DNA of 64,000 nt from a virus (IMGVR_UViG_3300037067_005176:61081-125080); one strand, 5' to 3'. Positions 18,785 to 29,511 are shown, counted from the stretch's first letter. The notes: generated from the letters alone by a model not told the origin. Made by a program: numbers and translations.

Positions 18785-19597
18785 ATGATGAAAGAAATTA
18801 TTGAAAAGCTTAAGGGAGTCCTTTCAGAGACCGACCTTACTGCTTTCCAGGAATCAGTAAATAAAGTGATTTCTGAGAAGGTTGCATTGAAGGCTGAAGA
18901 GAAGACAGCTGAGCTTGAGAAAATGGCAGATGAGTATTGTGAAAAGCAAATTACCGAACAGGTTGCTGCTAAGACACAGGCTCTTTCTGAAAAGTATGAA
19001 GAGGATTTGGAATCCCTTGAGTCAAACATTGTAGAAAAGTTGGATCAATATCTTGAGCTTGAAATTAGCGAAAAGATTTCTGATGAACTTTTGGAAAAGG
19101 TTGCGCTAAATGAAACCTACGAACCAATCGTTAAAGGTATTATGGAATTGTTTGAATCCAAGTACGCTGCACTTGATTCCGAAGGAAGTAAAATGGTTAA
19201 GGGTTTGACTTTTAAGGTTGAATCACTTGAAGATAAGCTTTCTACAAAGATCAATGAAAATATCGAACTTAATGCTCTTTGTGAAAAGGCTGCAATCAAA
19301 ACTATTCTTTCCGAGAAGACGATTGATTTGACTCCTACACAACGTCAAAAGACAGTGATGTTCTTTGAAGGTAAAGATTTTGATAGTATTCAGAAGAATA
19401 TTGATTCATATGTTGAAATGATCTCAGAAGAATTGTCAATCCCTGGCTCTTCATCAATGATCTCTGAGGCGGATGATGCAATTTCAGATTCGGATGAAAC
19501 ACAAGATTTAATATCTGAATCATTCAAGCCTGAAGAGAAACAATTGAGCTCTATTGAGAAATTCTTGATGAGAGGCTCACAATATATGTACGAATAA
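18785..19597 (+). CDS. gp22: Prohead core scaffold protein
   Basis: Acidic coiled coil, EKLDQYLE, LTPTQRQK, ISE repeats; located just before gp23. Confidence 0.85.
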   Translation: MMKEIIEKLKGVLSETDLTAFQESVNKVISEKVALKAEEKTAELEKMADEYCEKQITEQVAAKTQALSEKYEEDLESLESNIVEKLDQYLELEISEKISDELLEKVALNETYEPIVKGIMELFESKYAALDSEGSKMVKGLTFKVESLEDKLSTKINENIELNALCEKAAIKTILSEKTIDLTPTQRQKTVMFFEGKDFDSIQKNIDSYVEMISEELSIPGSSSMISEADDAISDSDETQDLISESFKPEEKQLSSIEKFLMRGSQYMYE

Positions 19598-19665
19598 GCG
19601 ATAGCTTAAAAAAAATCACAAATAGTTAAAATAAATACTATAAAGTAAAATTTTTGGAGGATAAA

Positions 19666-20889
19666 ATGGATATTAACGCAATGAGTTCAAATTACATCAG
19701 AGAGTGGTCAGAAATCGAAGGACCTCTTTCTATTAAAGGAATTGAAGACAAATATGTTCGCGAGAACATGGCTCTTCTTTTAAATAATCAAAAGTCACAA
19801 GATCTTGGCAAGGCTCTTTTTGCTGAATCATTTGATATTGGTGTTGGTGCTCCTGCAGCATTGGATACTGGTTTCCCTGATTCTGGTAATTATGGTTCCT
19901 TCGCGCCAATCGCGCTTGCACTTGTACGTCGTGTGTTCCCGCACCTTTTCGCCAACACACTTGTTGGTGTTCAGGCTATGACTGGACCTGTTGGTCTTGC
20001 ATATGCACTTCGTTTCGTATATGATGATTCCCTTAATGAAGCCGCATGGGACGTTGTTCCTGAATATTCTGGATATACTGGTTCAACTGTTGGTACTTCA
20101 AGTTCTGCAGTTGATACTGGAACTGGCGTTTCAACATCTGCTGGTGAAACATGGAAGCTTCAAGGATCTCCTGCAATGCCTGAACTTCAGTTGAAGTTGG
20201 ATCGTACTGCTATTATTGCATTAACTCGTAAGCTTGCTGCATCTTTCAGTCTTGAAGCTGCACAGGATATTAAAGCTATGCACGGTCTCGATATTGAACG
20301 TGAAATGCTTAATGTTCTTCAATATGAAATGGCTGCCGAAATGGATCGTGAAACAATTCAAAAATGCCGTGATGCTGCTCCTGCTCGTGTAACGTGGGAC
20401 GTTGGTTCTTCAGCCGCTGATGGCCGTTGGTCTCAAGAGAAGTTCACAAACATAACAACTCAGATTATTAAGGCTTCTAACGACCTTGCTACTGCTAACC
20501 GTCGTGGTGCTGGTAATATTGTGGTTGTATCTGGCCGTCTTGCTACAGCTCTTCAGGCTTCTGGACCAATCTTTACTCGCAATCAGTCAAACGTAAATGC
20601 AACTCAGGTTGTTCCTGAAATCGGTACAATCAATGGAAATATCAAGGTATTCCGTGATCAGTATGCGACTGAAGATGAAGCTCTTGTTGCATATAAAGGC
20701 CCTGGAGTTACCGATGCTGGTGTTATTTTCTGTCCATATATTACCGGTCTTAAAAACCGTGCTATTGCGCATGATGATTTTGCACCAAGAATTGGAGTAA
20801 TGTCAAGATATGCTTTCACTAATAATTTGCTTGGTTCTCAGAATTACTATCGTAGAATCTTGTTCTCTAATCTTAATACATTGGTTTAA
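19666..20889 (+). CDS. gp23: Major capsid protein
   Basis: LVRRVFP.L, VGVQAMTGPVG, TRKLAASFSLEAAQDIKAMHGLD.E.E, FCPY, PRIGVMSRY. Confidence 0.97.
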   Translation: MDINAMSSNYIREWSEIEGPLSIKGIEDKYVRENMALLLNNQKSQDLGKALFAESFDIGVGAPAALDTGFPDSGNYGSFAPIALALVRRVFPHLFANTLVGVQAMTGPVGLAYALRFVYDDSLNEAAWDVVPEYSGYTGSTVGTSSSAVDTGTGVSTSAGETWKLQGSPAMPELQLKLDRTAIIALTRKLAASFSLEAAQDIKAMHGLDIEREMLNVLQYEMAAEMDRETIQKCRDAAPARVTWDVGSSAADGRWSQEKFTNITTQIIKASNDLATANRRGAGNIVVVSGRLATALQASGPIFTRNQSNVNATQVVPEIGTINGNIKVFRDQYATEDEALVAYKGPGVTDAGVIFCPYITGLKNRAIAHDDFAPRIGVMSRYAFTNNLLGSQNYYRRILFSNLNTLV

Positions 20890-20897
20890 TTAATTTA

Positions 20898-20934
20898 AAA
20901 TGCAGTTGACAAAATCAACTGCATTTTTTATAAT
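20898..20934 (+). promoter_or_regulatory. gp23 terminator hairpin containing a perfect sigma70 promoter
   Basis: Stem AAATGCAGTTGA/TCAACTGCATTT. TTGACA at 20906-20911, 17-nt spacer, TATAAT at 20929-20934. Confidence 0.8.
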
Positions 20935-20978
20935 TTAAAGTTTGAATATATCAATATAACTATTTTTGGAGCGAAATT

Positions 20979-22655
20979 ATGAAATGTAAAATCTGTGGGC
21001 TTGAAGTTAAGTCAATAGGCGCTCATTTAAAAACTGTACATACTGATGTGGAATATGTTAAATATTATAATGAACATATTAGATCAAATATATCCGAAGG
21101 CTTTTGTTTAACATGCGGAAGAGAAACGTCCTTTTTGGGATTGACAAAAGGATTTAGAAAATATTGTTGCAATTCATGCGCTCAATTGGATCCAAATGTT
21201 CAAAGTAAAATAAAGAAAACTTATAAAGAACGCACCGGTTATGAACATAACTCAATGAATCCAGAATCTAAGCAACGTATGATTGAAACAAATAAGACGA
21301 ACCATGGAGGTATTTTATTTTTTCAAAAACTGGATGTGATTGAAGAAATGAAAGAGAAAAAACTTTCTAAATTTGGCTCGTATAATAATATTGAAAAAAT
21401 AAAGAAAACAAATCTTGAGCGTTATGGAGTTGAAAATCCATATCAACGACCGGATGTTATAAATAAAAACATATTAAGTAAAATTGGAAAGTATGGATCA
21501 TCAAATAATATTGAAAAAATAAAGAAAACAAATCTTGAGCGTTATGGAGTTCAATCAGCACTTAGTTTAAAAAGAATACATGATGATTTAAAAATTTTAA
21601 TTTTTAATAACAAGTTTAAAAAGTATAAAACCATTTTAAACAATAATAATTCTTTGCTGATTTCGTTGTATGATAATACAGCAATATGCAAATGTAAAAA
21701 GTGTAATAAGGAATATGAAATACAGTTGCAACTTATCCGTAAGCGTTCATCTGCTTCTAGACAAATATGTATTAACTGTAATCCATTGATTCCAATAATA
21801 GATTCATCAAAATCCGAAATTGAAATATTCGATTATATAAAAAGTTTTTGTTCAAACGTTGAACGATCAAATAGAATTATATTAAATGGTAAAGAATTAG
21901 ACATTTATATACCATCAAAGAAAATTGCAATAGAATTCAATGGACTTTATTGGCATTCGGATGAATATAAAGATTATGATTATCATTTAAAGAAAACTGA
22001 AGAGTGCGAAAAATTTGGTATTCACTTGATACATATTTATGAAGACGATTGGTTATATAAACATGGTATTGTTAAATCAAGATTGAAGTCGATTTTAGGC
22101 TTTTCGAAACGAAAAATATTTGCTAGAAAATGTATTATCAAAGAACTTGAAAATGAGGAAACAAAAAACTTTCTTGAGGATAATCATCTTCAAGGTGGCG
22201 GGCCAAATTCCAAATATCGTTATGGTCTATTCTTTGATAATGAACTTGTTGCTTGTATGACATTCGGCGCAAGTCGATTTGAAAAGAATAAAATGGAGCT
22301 ACATAGATTCGCTAATAAATTAGATTCTAATGTCATTGGCGGTGCTTCTAAACTCTTTAAACATTTCTTAAATACAATCAAACATATTGAAGTAGTTTCA
22401 TACGCAGATCGTTCGTGGACGATGAATAACGGTAAATCGGTTTATGAACAGCTTGGATTTGAATTGCTCAATAAAACTCGTCCAAATTATTATTATATTA
22501 ATAACGATTACAGAGTTAATAGATTTAAATATAGAAAGTCTGAGTTAGTCAAAGAAGGCTTTGACTCGAGTAAATCTGAATCTGAAATAATGGAAGCAAG
22601 AGGATATAATAAAATATATGATAGCGGCAATTTGAAATTTATTTATAAAACCTAA
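20979..22655 (+). CDS. Hef-like homing endonuclease (Zn fingers, TNLERYG repeats, PD-(D/E)XK/Vsr-like core, GNAT-like C-terminus)
   Basis: CKICG, ELDIYIPSKKIAIEFNGLYWHS, ARKCIIKE, SYADRSW, IYDSGN; 48-bp internal repeat at 21384/21504. Confidence 0.8.
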   Translation: MKCKICGLEVKSIGAHLKTVHTDVEYVKYYNEHIRSNISEGFCLTCGRETSFLGLTKGFRKYCCNSCAQLDPNVQSKIKKTYKERTGYEHNSMNPESKQRMIETNKTNHGGILFFQKLDVIEEMKEKKLSKFGSYNNIEKIKKTNLERYGVENPYQRPDVINKNILSKIGKYGSSNNIEKIKKTNLERYGVQSALSLKRIHDDLKILIFNNKFKKYKTILNNNNSLLISLYDNTAICKCKKCNKEYEIQLQLIRKRSSASRQICINCNPLIPIIDSSKSEIEIFDYIKSFCSNVERSNRIILNGKELDIYIPSKKIAIEFNGLYWHSDEYKDYDYHLKKTEECEKFGIHLIHIYEDDWLYKHGIVKSRLKSILGFSKRKIFARKCIIKELENEETKNFLEDNHLQGGGPNSKYRYGLFFDNELVACMTFGASRFEKNKMELHRFANKLDSNVIGGASKLFKHFLNTIKHIEVVSYADRSWTMNNGKSVYEQLGFELLNKTRPNYYYINNDYRVNRFKYRKSELVKEGFDSSKSESEIMEARGYNKIYDSGNLKFIYKT

Positions 22656-22672
22656 TAAAATTGCTTAAAATA

Positions 22673-22730
22673 TTGAGCCGATTAGTTAAACGCTAATCGG
22701 CTCATTTGTGCTTATTATAAATATTGAAAA
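22673..22730 (+). terminator. Terminator plus late promoter for gp13
   Basis: TGAGCCGATTAG/CTAATCGGCTCA stem; TATAAATA at 22716-22723. Confidence 0.75.
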
Positions 22731-22743
22731 TATGAGGTACTAA

Positions 22744-23487
22744 ATGGCATGTGATATTACAAATCTTCTTGGAATGCGAGACTACATCAAGCGTCAACTT
22801 GGTGCTCCAGTTATTTGCGTTGAAATCGCGAATGAACAATTGGATGATATTATTTGTGACGGTATAAAAGATATGCATCGATATTTAATCGGTGAAGCAT
22901 CGTATAAAACTTACATGTCTTTTACGCTTACAGCAGGTGTAAGCGCATATTCAATTTCAGCCGACTTAGAAGCTGTTGTAGATTTTGATACGATTCAAGG
23001 TTTCAATGGAGTTAATCAGCTTTTTACAGTTGAACATAACATTCTTTATAATGATCTTGTTGGTGGAAAATTATTAGGCACTGGTCCTGATGCATCAACT
23101 GGAGGAGTTCTTGGAAATTGGAATACACAGATGATGTATCTTGAGGAAATCAGAAATGAATTCTCCGTTACATATTCAGTTCAATATAGTCCATTAAGTA
23201 AGCAGATGATTGTGGTACCTACACCTAAAGAAAACCTTACAGGTTTGTTAGAAGTTTTCAAACGTGAAGATTCAACTTTAATTTATAATCACATTCTTTT
23301 TAGACGTTTAGTTGTTGCAAGAGCTAAGAAACTTTGGGGATTGCATTTGAAAAAGTATTCATTAACACTTCCAGGTGGAGGTACAATTAATGGATCTGAA
23401 ATTTATTCTGATGGTGTTGCCGAAGAAGAAAAGGCATTTGAGGCAGTACAAAAAGAAGCTGCACCAGCGATGTTCTTTGTAGGATAA
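22744..23487 (+). CDS. gp13: Neck protein
   Basis: DYIKRQLGAPVI.VE...QL, WG..LKKY...LPGGGTING.EIY, C-terminal MFFVG. Confidence 0.92.
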   Translation: MACDITNLLGMRDYIKRQLGAPVICVEIANEQLDDIICDGIKDMHRYLIGEASYKTYMSFTLTAGVSAYSISADLEAVVDFDTIQGFNGVNQLFTVEHNILYNDLVGGKLLGTGPDASTGGVLGNWNTQMMYLEEIRNEFSVTYSVQYSPLSKQMIVVPTPKENLTGLLEVFKREDSTLIYNHILFRRLVVARAKKLWGLHLKKYSLTLPGGGTINGSEIYSDGVAEEEKAFEAVQKEAAPAMFFVG

Positions 23488-23489
23488 TT

Positions 23490-24212
23490 ATGGCAGGATT
23501 ATATGATGTTGTAAAAGTTAACTGGGGCGACAACCGTTGGTTTGATTTCAAGAACAATTTTTGTTATGGCCAAGAAAAGATTTTGTATAGTCATCTTGAG
23601 ACAGAAGCATTTGATAATGCTGGTGTCAAGCATATGTATTACATTATGGATTATAATACAAAACGCGATGTTATGTTTGGTGAAGACATGGACCGCTACT
23701 GCACTCGTAAATTCGCAATTATGGTTTATTATCAAACTCTTCCTCAATTGATTCCTCAGTTTGGTCTCCCAGGTATTTCTAATCCTGAAATCAATACAAT
23801 GTATGTTTCTATATCGCATTTCAATCAAGCATCTACACTATCATATATTGATAATGCTTTATATTTACCTGAGCGCTTTCCATCATATAAACCAAAGGTT
23901 GGAGATTATGTAAAGTCAATTTATAACAATCAATATTATGAAGTTATAAACGTTAAAGAGACTGAGGAAGGTACTCAGTTTCATCAACAAAAAACAACAT
24001 ACACCTTAAATGTAAGAGTTTGGAAAAATGAAAACTTTGATGTTCAACCAACATCAGGAGTTCCTACATCATCATTGTTTGATATATCTGCGGTAATGCA
24101 TCAGCCGGACTTTTTGGCTGTGAATGATCAAATAGATATAGAGGATCAAGAAATTAAATATCAACCACAACCTGGTGAGAAAGATCCTACCTCCCCTTTT
24201 GGAGGTTTTTAA
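23490..24212 (+). CDS. gp14: Neck protein
   Basis: Follows gp13; D.MFGED, FGLPG, PKVGD, YEVINV. Confidence 0.8.
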   Translation: MAGLYDVVKVNWGDNRWFDFKNNFCYGQEKILYSHLETEAFDNAGVKHMYYIMDYNTKRDVMFGEDMDRYCTRKFAIMVYYQTLPQLIPQFGLPGISNPEINTMYVSISHFNQASTLSYIDNALYLPERFPSYKPKVGDYVKSIYNNQYYEVINVKETEEGTQFHQQKTTYTLNVRVWKNENFDVQPTSGVPTSSLFDISAVMHQPDFLAVNDQIDIEDQEIKYQPQPGEKDPTSPFGGF

Positions 24213-25075
24213 TGGCATATTCATATTATTACCCAGCAACTATACGAGCTGTTGTAACTTCCGTTCTTGCGTTTTTTAACGATATCCATGTTCATCGTTT
24301 AGATGATCATGGAGTTCTTGTAAAAGATCTTACAATACCTATAAAGTTTGGACCAGTTGATAAGAGTTTTCAGTTTAGAGCTGAGAAAGAATTCGGCGCA
24401 ACGTATTATATTTCTTTGCCTAACATTACATTTGCATTAACAAACATTCAATATGATTCCGATCGTGCAATGGGTGTAAATGAAATTCGTACTTTTTATG
24501 ATGATAAGATTGGTTTAGATAATTTAAATGATTTTTGGACTGATGTTCAACCAACGCCTTATGACCTTACATTCTCAATGCAAATTCTTACAGAGTCAAT
24601 GGATGATTGGTGTCAGATTATGGAAAATATATTACCTTATTTTAAACCTGCGGTTTATTTAAGAGTAAAAGAATTTTCATTCCTTGATATTGAACGAGAT
24701 CTTCAGATGACTCTTTCAAATGTTGCAACAGATTTCCTTATGGAACAAGGTGAAGAGGATAAACGATATGTAAATGGATCTTTAGATTTTACAGTTAAAT
24801 GTGTTCTTTATACACCTGTTAAAAATGCTAAAATCATTAAACAAATTCAGTCACGCTACTTGGCTTATGATGGAGATAATTATTTTCAGACATCACAATA
24901 TAATACAAGTGCTGCAATTGATTCAAGCGCCGCTTCTGTGACAAGCGCATATAATAATTATGGTGAAATACCTATTTCACAAGTTACTTCAGCAGGACAA
25001 ACAACTTCAGCAACTTGGTATCAAGATATGAAAAATTATTTTACAGGTGTAAGCGCATTTAACCCAGGAGACTAA
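24212..25075 (+). CDS. gp15: Tail sheath stabiliser / tail terminator
   Basis: FFNDI.V, IPIKFGP, QPTPYDL.F, QIMENILPYF.P. Confidence 0.9.
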   Translation: MAYSYYYPATIRAVVTSVLAFFNDIHVHRLDDHGVLVKDLTIPIKFGPVDKSFQFRAEKEFGATYYISLPNITFALTNIQYDSDRAMGVNEIRTFYDDKIGLDNLNDFWTDVQPTPYDLTFSMQILTESMDDWCQIMENILPYFKPAVYLRVKEFSFLDIERDLQMTLSNVATDFLMEQGEEDKRYVNGSLDFTVKCVLYTPVKNAKIIKQIQSRYLAYDGDNYFQTSQYNTSAAIDSSAASVTSAYNNYGEIPISQVTSAGQTTSATWYQDMKNYFTGVSAFNPGD

Positions 25076-25079
25076 GTTT

Positions 25080-25595
25080 ATGGAAAATGGATTTGAAGGA
25101 TTGAATAAAAAACTAAATGCAGATTTTGATGGAACATTAGATGATGTTGAAAATGCATTAGATTCGTTTAATAACAAAAAGACTGTAATGGTTGAAAAGT
25201 CAAAAAATGGTACTTATACTCTTGAGGATGAAGAATACCTAAGGTTCGAACTTAAAACTCTTATACAGGGCTCTAGAGTCATCATGGACAAGCTTGAAAA
25301 GGATATAAAGATTGGTTCTCAACCAAGAGTATATGAAGTGTACTCAGCACTTCTAAAGACAACAATTGACGGTCTTAAAGAATTGAGAGAATTAAATAAA
25401 ACTGTTACAGATCTTGAAATAGAGAGTGATAAACCAAAAGTTTCAGCTGGAGATGGTAAAACAATAAATAATACTACAAATAATGTTATTTTAACCGGTA
25501 AGGATTTATTAACTATGATAAGATCGGCTAAAGAAGAAAATCAGTTGAATACTATTGAGGCTCGTTTTGAATTGGGAGACCATAATAATCTTTAA
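25080..25595 (+). CDS. gp16: Terminase small subunit
   Basis: PRVYEVYSALLKT, NNTTNNVILTGKDLL; located after gp15. Confidence 0.8.
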   Translation: MENGFEGLNKKLNADFDGTLDDVENALDSFNNKKTVMVEKSKNGTYTLEDEEYLRFELKTLIQGSRVIMDKLEKDIKIGSQPRVYEVYSALLKTTIDGLKELRELNKTVTDLEIESDKPKVSAGDGKTINNTTNNVILTGKDLLTMIRSAKEENQLNTIEARFELGDHNNL

Positions 25596-25603
25596 GGAGT
25601 TTG

Positions 25604-25915
25604 ATGTCATTTTTATCATTTTATAACCTTCAACGAAAAGATAGGATATTTGAAAGAACTTTTAATAAGTTTTATAAAAGTGGCTATTTCGGAAACATTG
25701 AAATATCAATAATTAAAGAAGATCAACGACAATGGTTTAATACTTTAATAACTCTTATTAAAGAAAAAAATGGTGATGAATTATTTGCTGTTATGGAATC
25801 GTTTGAGTCCAAGTTTAGTAGAGAATGCTTTGATAAAATTGTTGGCACTAAAATAAAATATAAAGACAAAAATATTGTTAAATCGGAAATTAAAAAATTT
25901 ATTATTGGAGAGTGA
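25604..25915 (+). CDS. Hypothetical protein
   Basis: SD GGAG; overlaps the start of the next gene. Confidence 0.55.
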   Translation: MSFLSFYNLQRKDRIFERTFNKFYKSGYFGNIEISIIKEDQRQWFNTLITLIKEKNGDELFAVMESFESKFSRECFDKIVGTKIKYKDKNIVKSEIKKFIIGE

Positions 25916-25917
25916 AC

Positions 25918-28446
25918 ATGAATAGTGCTTTATCATATTTGCAAAATACTTTTATCACTGAAAAGAAAATGAGTGCCACTGAACGAAAGATTGGCGAAGC
26001 AAAATTGCGTATTTCCAATGCTAAAGAAAGTATTAAATCACGTGAACAAGAAATAAAGGATTTTGGAAAAGAATCATCACGCGGTCAAAAAGCCCAAGCA
26101 TCAATAAAACATTGGGAAGATTTGATTAAACGAAATGAAGACATTATGAAACAGCTTGCAGGTAATAAGGATTTGTATAATGATCATAATCCTGAAGAAC
26201 TAGAAAAGCGTGTAAAAGATGATAAGGCCCATAAAGCTCATAAAGAAAATTTCTCAAAAATGGGTGATGAAGATTTCAAAGCCCACTTGGACAATTATAA
26301 ACAAAAGCTTGAAGGCATGAGTGATGAAGATCGTGTAAACATGAAAAACGATCCAGAACATAAAGCATTGGTTGGAGAAGTAAAGAAAAGAAATTTAGAA
26401 AAGATTCAGTTGAAGAAAGCTAAAAAAGAAATTAAACAGAATGTTCCTCAATCGGTTGATACAGATCATCCCGATGTTGAAAGACCTACAGAAAATCCAG
26501 ACCACCCAACTATTCCAACTCCACCAGCATCAATGACAAATGATGAAGACGATGTATTAAGCAAAGTTGATACTGAAAAGTTTACTTCAGAAAAGGAGTG
26601 GAACGAACACATGAAGGCTTTGGAAAAAGCTCATGGAAAAAATAAAGACAATTTCTTTGCGATGAATGATGCTGATAAAGGCAAAAAGAAAAATGTTTCA
26701 TATGAAGACTTTAAAAAAGCTGAAAAGGAATATGATAAATCTGCTGATGTATTGAAGGATGCATCTTTAAAGAAATCTATGTGGATTGCAAGTGGAAAGA
26801 ATAAGAAACAGGATGATCCAAAAACCGAAGCCAAAAAAGAAGTTCCAAAAGAACAACCTAAGGAAGTTCCTACAAAAGAAACACCAAAGGTTGAACCAAC
26901 AAAGGAAACTCCAAAAGAAACTCCGGTTGAAGAACCTACTGAAAAGAAATCGAAATATGCTAAGGTTGATAATGATAAAGATTGGGACGCTGTTATTAAA
27001 AATGTAACATCATCAAGAGATACAGCTCAAGAAGCACAGAAGCAAGCAGTTGATAATCCAGACCTTTCGGACGATGAAAGAAAGGCAATTAACGATAATG
27101 CAAAAAAGACTCAGGCTGCATTTGATGACGCAATTGAACATCATACTTTGTATAAATCCAAAAAGAAGTCCGAAAAACCTTCAGACGTTTCAACTGATAA
27201 GAAGACAGAACCAACAAAAGAAACTCCAAGTAAGGAAGAACCGAAAGATGACAAAACAAAGTATACTGGTTCTGATAAGTCACATCCTTTAAACTTCAAA
27301 TCAATTGATGATTTTAAAACGCATCACAGAGAAAAGGCATTGGAAGATGATCATCCTTCTGAATACAACGATGCGGTTAAAGCTGTTGAACCTATCAACA
27401 ATGAAATTGGTGAATTGAACGATGAAATGGCTTTGAATAAAAAGGAATTAGCTGATCCTAAAACTCCAAAGAATTCAAAACAGAAAATCGTTGAGAGAAA
27501 TAAAGAAATTCAGCAAAACATAAAAGAATTGAATAATTCAAAGAAGCCTCATGAGAAGGCAATTAACAAGCATGAAGAAGGTCTTAGTAAAGATTTTTAT
27601 GATCATCATAAGAAAAAGAAAAATCTTACAGATCAGCTTGATAATATTTCTAGCGAATATAAGAAGGCTACAGCGGCTGGTGAACATGATCATGCCAAAA
27701 AATTGGGAGTTGATTTTGAAGAAGTTCATTCTCAATTAAAGAAACATTTAAGCGGCGAAAAACTTAAAGATGATTCCGAATCACCTGATGATACAACACC
27801 AGTTAAACCTGATTCAACGGATGATGAAGGCGATGATATTGATTCAAGCAGCGAAGTAAATGGATCATTCTTTGATAAGGCTAGAAAGTCTGCAGAAGGT
27901 GAAGTTGATTATGACAAGAAAGGTCCAATCAAGCAGGCTCGTGAAGCTGGAAATCGTTTAGTAAATAATCTTTTGGATCGTTTAGGACGAGGTATTACAA
28001 TTGATGGCGATAAACTGAATGATCTTGTAAAAGACAGTCGTGTTACAAAATATGCTTTGGAAAAAGTTGATAAAATGAATGCTAAAAAGAGAGAAATGTT
28101 TTTAGCAAGTATCAAGAAGCCTTACGAAGATCATATCAAACATTTGGAAGACGAGATTGAAAAATTGCAAACCCGTATTGAGGATTTACGTCCTAAGGCT
28201 GAAAATGATACAGTCGTTGCAAAACAGATTAGAGAATTGGAAAAGACTATCAGAAGTTATGAACGTCAGTTGAGAGACGCTGAAGATATTCATAAGGAAA
28301 TTATTGATAAAGCAAATGAAAAGAATGAATCATTTTCATACTTGTTAGATAAGACAAGTGATATTAAAATTGTTACGGAATCTGAAGAAGTTGTTTATAA
28401 GAAAGTTGATCCTTCGGAGTATTTAAAAAATATATTAAGAGGATAG
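25918..28446 (+). CDS. Large Lys/Glu/Asp-rich low-complexity protein, candidate internal head protein
   Basis: PKE/PTKE repeats and helical-hairpin modules; N-terminus ends ...TFITE, like a gp21 cleavage site. Confidence 0.6.
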   Translation: MNSALSYLQNTFITEKKMSATERKIGEAKLRISNAKESIKSREQEIKDFGKESSRGQKAQASIKHWEDLIKRNEDIMKQLAGNKDLYNDHNPEELEKRVKDDKAHKAHKENFSKMGDEDFKAHLDNYKQKLEGMSDEDRVNMKNDPEHKALVGEVKKRNLEKIQLKKAKKEIKQNVPQSVDTDHPDVERPTENPDHPTIPTPPASMTNDEDDVLSKVDTEKFTSEKEWNEHMKALEKAHGKNKDNFFAMNDADKGKKKNVSYEDFKKAEKEYDKSADVLKDASLKKSMWIASGKNKKQDDPKTEAKKEVPKEQPKEVPTKETPKVEPTKETPKETPVEEPTEKKSKYAKVDNDKDWDAVIKNVTSSRDTAQEAQKQAVDNPDLSDDERKAINDNAKKTQAAFDDAIEHHTLYKSKKKSEKPSDVSTDKKTEPTKETPSKEEPKDDKTKYTGSDKSHPLNFKSIDDFKTHHREKALEDDHPSEYNDAVKAVEPINNEIGELNDEMALNKKELADPKTPKNSKQKIVERNKEIQQNIKELNNSKKPHEKAINKHEEGLSKDFYDHHKKKKNLTDQLDNISSEYKKATAAGEHDHAKKLGVDFEEVHSQLKKHLSGEKLKDDSESPDDTTPVKPDSTDDEGDDIDSSSEVNGSFFDKARKSAEGEVDYDKKGPIKQAREAGNRLVNNLLDRLGRGITIDGDKLNDLVKDSRVTKYALEKVDKMNAKKREMFLASIKKPYEDHIKHLEDEIEKLQTRIEDLRPKAENDTVVAKQIRELEKTIRSYERQLRDAEDIHKEIIDKANEKNESFSYLLDKTSDIKIVTESEEVVYKKVDPSEYLKNILRG

Positions 28447-28448
28447 TT

Positions 28449-29315
28449 ATGAAAAATCAAAAAAGAGTATTAACAATTTCAATAGACGGAGGCGGTATCT
28501 TAGGTATCGGCCCTCTTTATTATATGACAAAGATTGAACAGTTTTATGGCAAGAAAATTTCAGATCTTGCTGTAGGATTTGCTGGTACATCAACTGGCGC
28601 AATCATTGCAAGCCTTTTGGCTGAAGGATATTCTGCTCATGAGATTTATGATCTTTATAAGTCTCAAGCAAAGAATATATTTGATTCATATCCTTGGTAT
28701 AAGAGATTGCAACCTTCATGCCCAAAATACAATAATGAAAAGTATATCAAGATTTTAAAGGATAAACTTAAAGGAAACATGGGCGATTTCAAGAAGCCTG
28801 TTTTCTTTCCTGCATGTTGCACAAATGCTCTTTCAATGGAAAAAGTTTTTGGCCGTGATGATGTAAGTGTTCCAAAATGGTTAGCTGTTCAAGCATCGTC
28901 TGCAGCTCCAACATATTTCAGTCCTGCAGGTACACAAAAAAATTATATTGACGGAGGTTTATTTTTCAATAATCCTGCCGCTGTTTTACAAGCTGGTATG
29001 ATGAACACTGAATTTAAAGATAAGATTAAAATACTTTCATTTGGAACTGGTATGAGCACACCAAACACAGCAACAGGTGATAGATCTTTGTTGGGTTGGG
29101 GTAAATATTTAATAGAAGATTGGCTTGTTAAGTCAGGAGAAAGCTCAACATATGTTGCAAAGAAAAATCTTGGAGATGAAAACGTTAAAAGACTTTTGCC
29201 AATAACTGGCAAATCATTTAATTTGGATAGCATTGATAAGATGGATCAAATTGAAGATGTTTGGGAACAATATTTTAACGATACGTGGAACGACGTTAAG
29301 GAGTTTTTGAAATGA
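28449..29315 (+). CDS. Patatin-like phospholipase
   Basis: DGGGILG oxyanion loop, GTSTG nucleophile elbow, SSAAPTYF, catalytic IDGG, LSFGTG. Confidence 0.92.
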   Translation: MKNQKRVLTISIDGGGILGIGPLYYMTKIEQFYGKKISDLAVGFAGTSTGAIIASLLAEGYSAHEIYDLYKSQAKNIFDSYPWYKRLQPSCPKYNNEKYIKILKDKLKGNMGDFKKPVFFPACCTNALSMEKVFGRDDVSVPKWLAVQASSAAPTYFSPAGTQKNYIDGGLFFNNPAAVLQAGMMNTEFKDKIKILSFGTGMSTPNTATGDRSLLGWGKYLIEDWLVKSGESSTYVAKKNLGDENVKRLLPITGKSFNLDSIDKMDQIEDVWEQYFNDTWNDVKEFLK

Positions 29316-29490
29316 GTAATTACATTTCGGAAGCAATCTGTTTATGTATGATGATAATTATGTTACTGAAGTAAGGTTGCTGTAGATGGTAAGAAATATG
29401 CTTAAAAGAAAGCTGCCGAGGAAGATCTTAAAAAGAAAGATCTGAAAGGAAAATAAATTGAAGATAAAATGGAACATTCGCATGAAGTAA
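29312..29490 (+). pseudogene. Decayed paralog of the N-terminus of 38180..38749
   Basis: Fragments MSNYISE / FMYDDNYVTE / VDGKKYA*KKAAEEDLKKK.LKGK*IEDKM versus YMYNDTYVTESKFTLNGKEYPSKKVAEADLRKKGFSGSKLNDM. Confidence 0.7.
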
Positions 29491-29511
29491 TTAGGAAATA
29501 GGAGATATATA

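Noticed and set aside
26836-26945. CRISPR-like or DNA-level repeat array
   Set aside because: Degenerate coding PKE/PTKE repeats with no constant repeat-spacer structure.
28449-29315. CBASS system (CapV-like effector)
   Set aside because: No CD-NTase or Cap2/Cap3 genes in the window.
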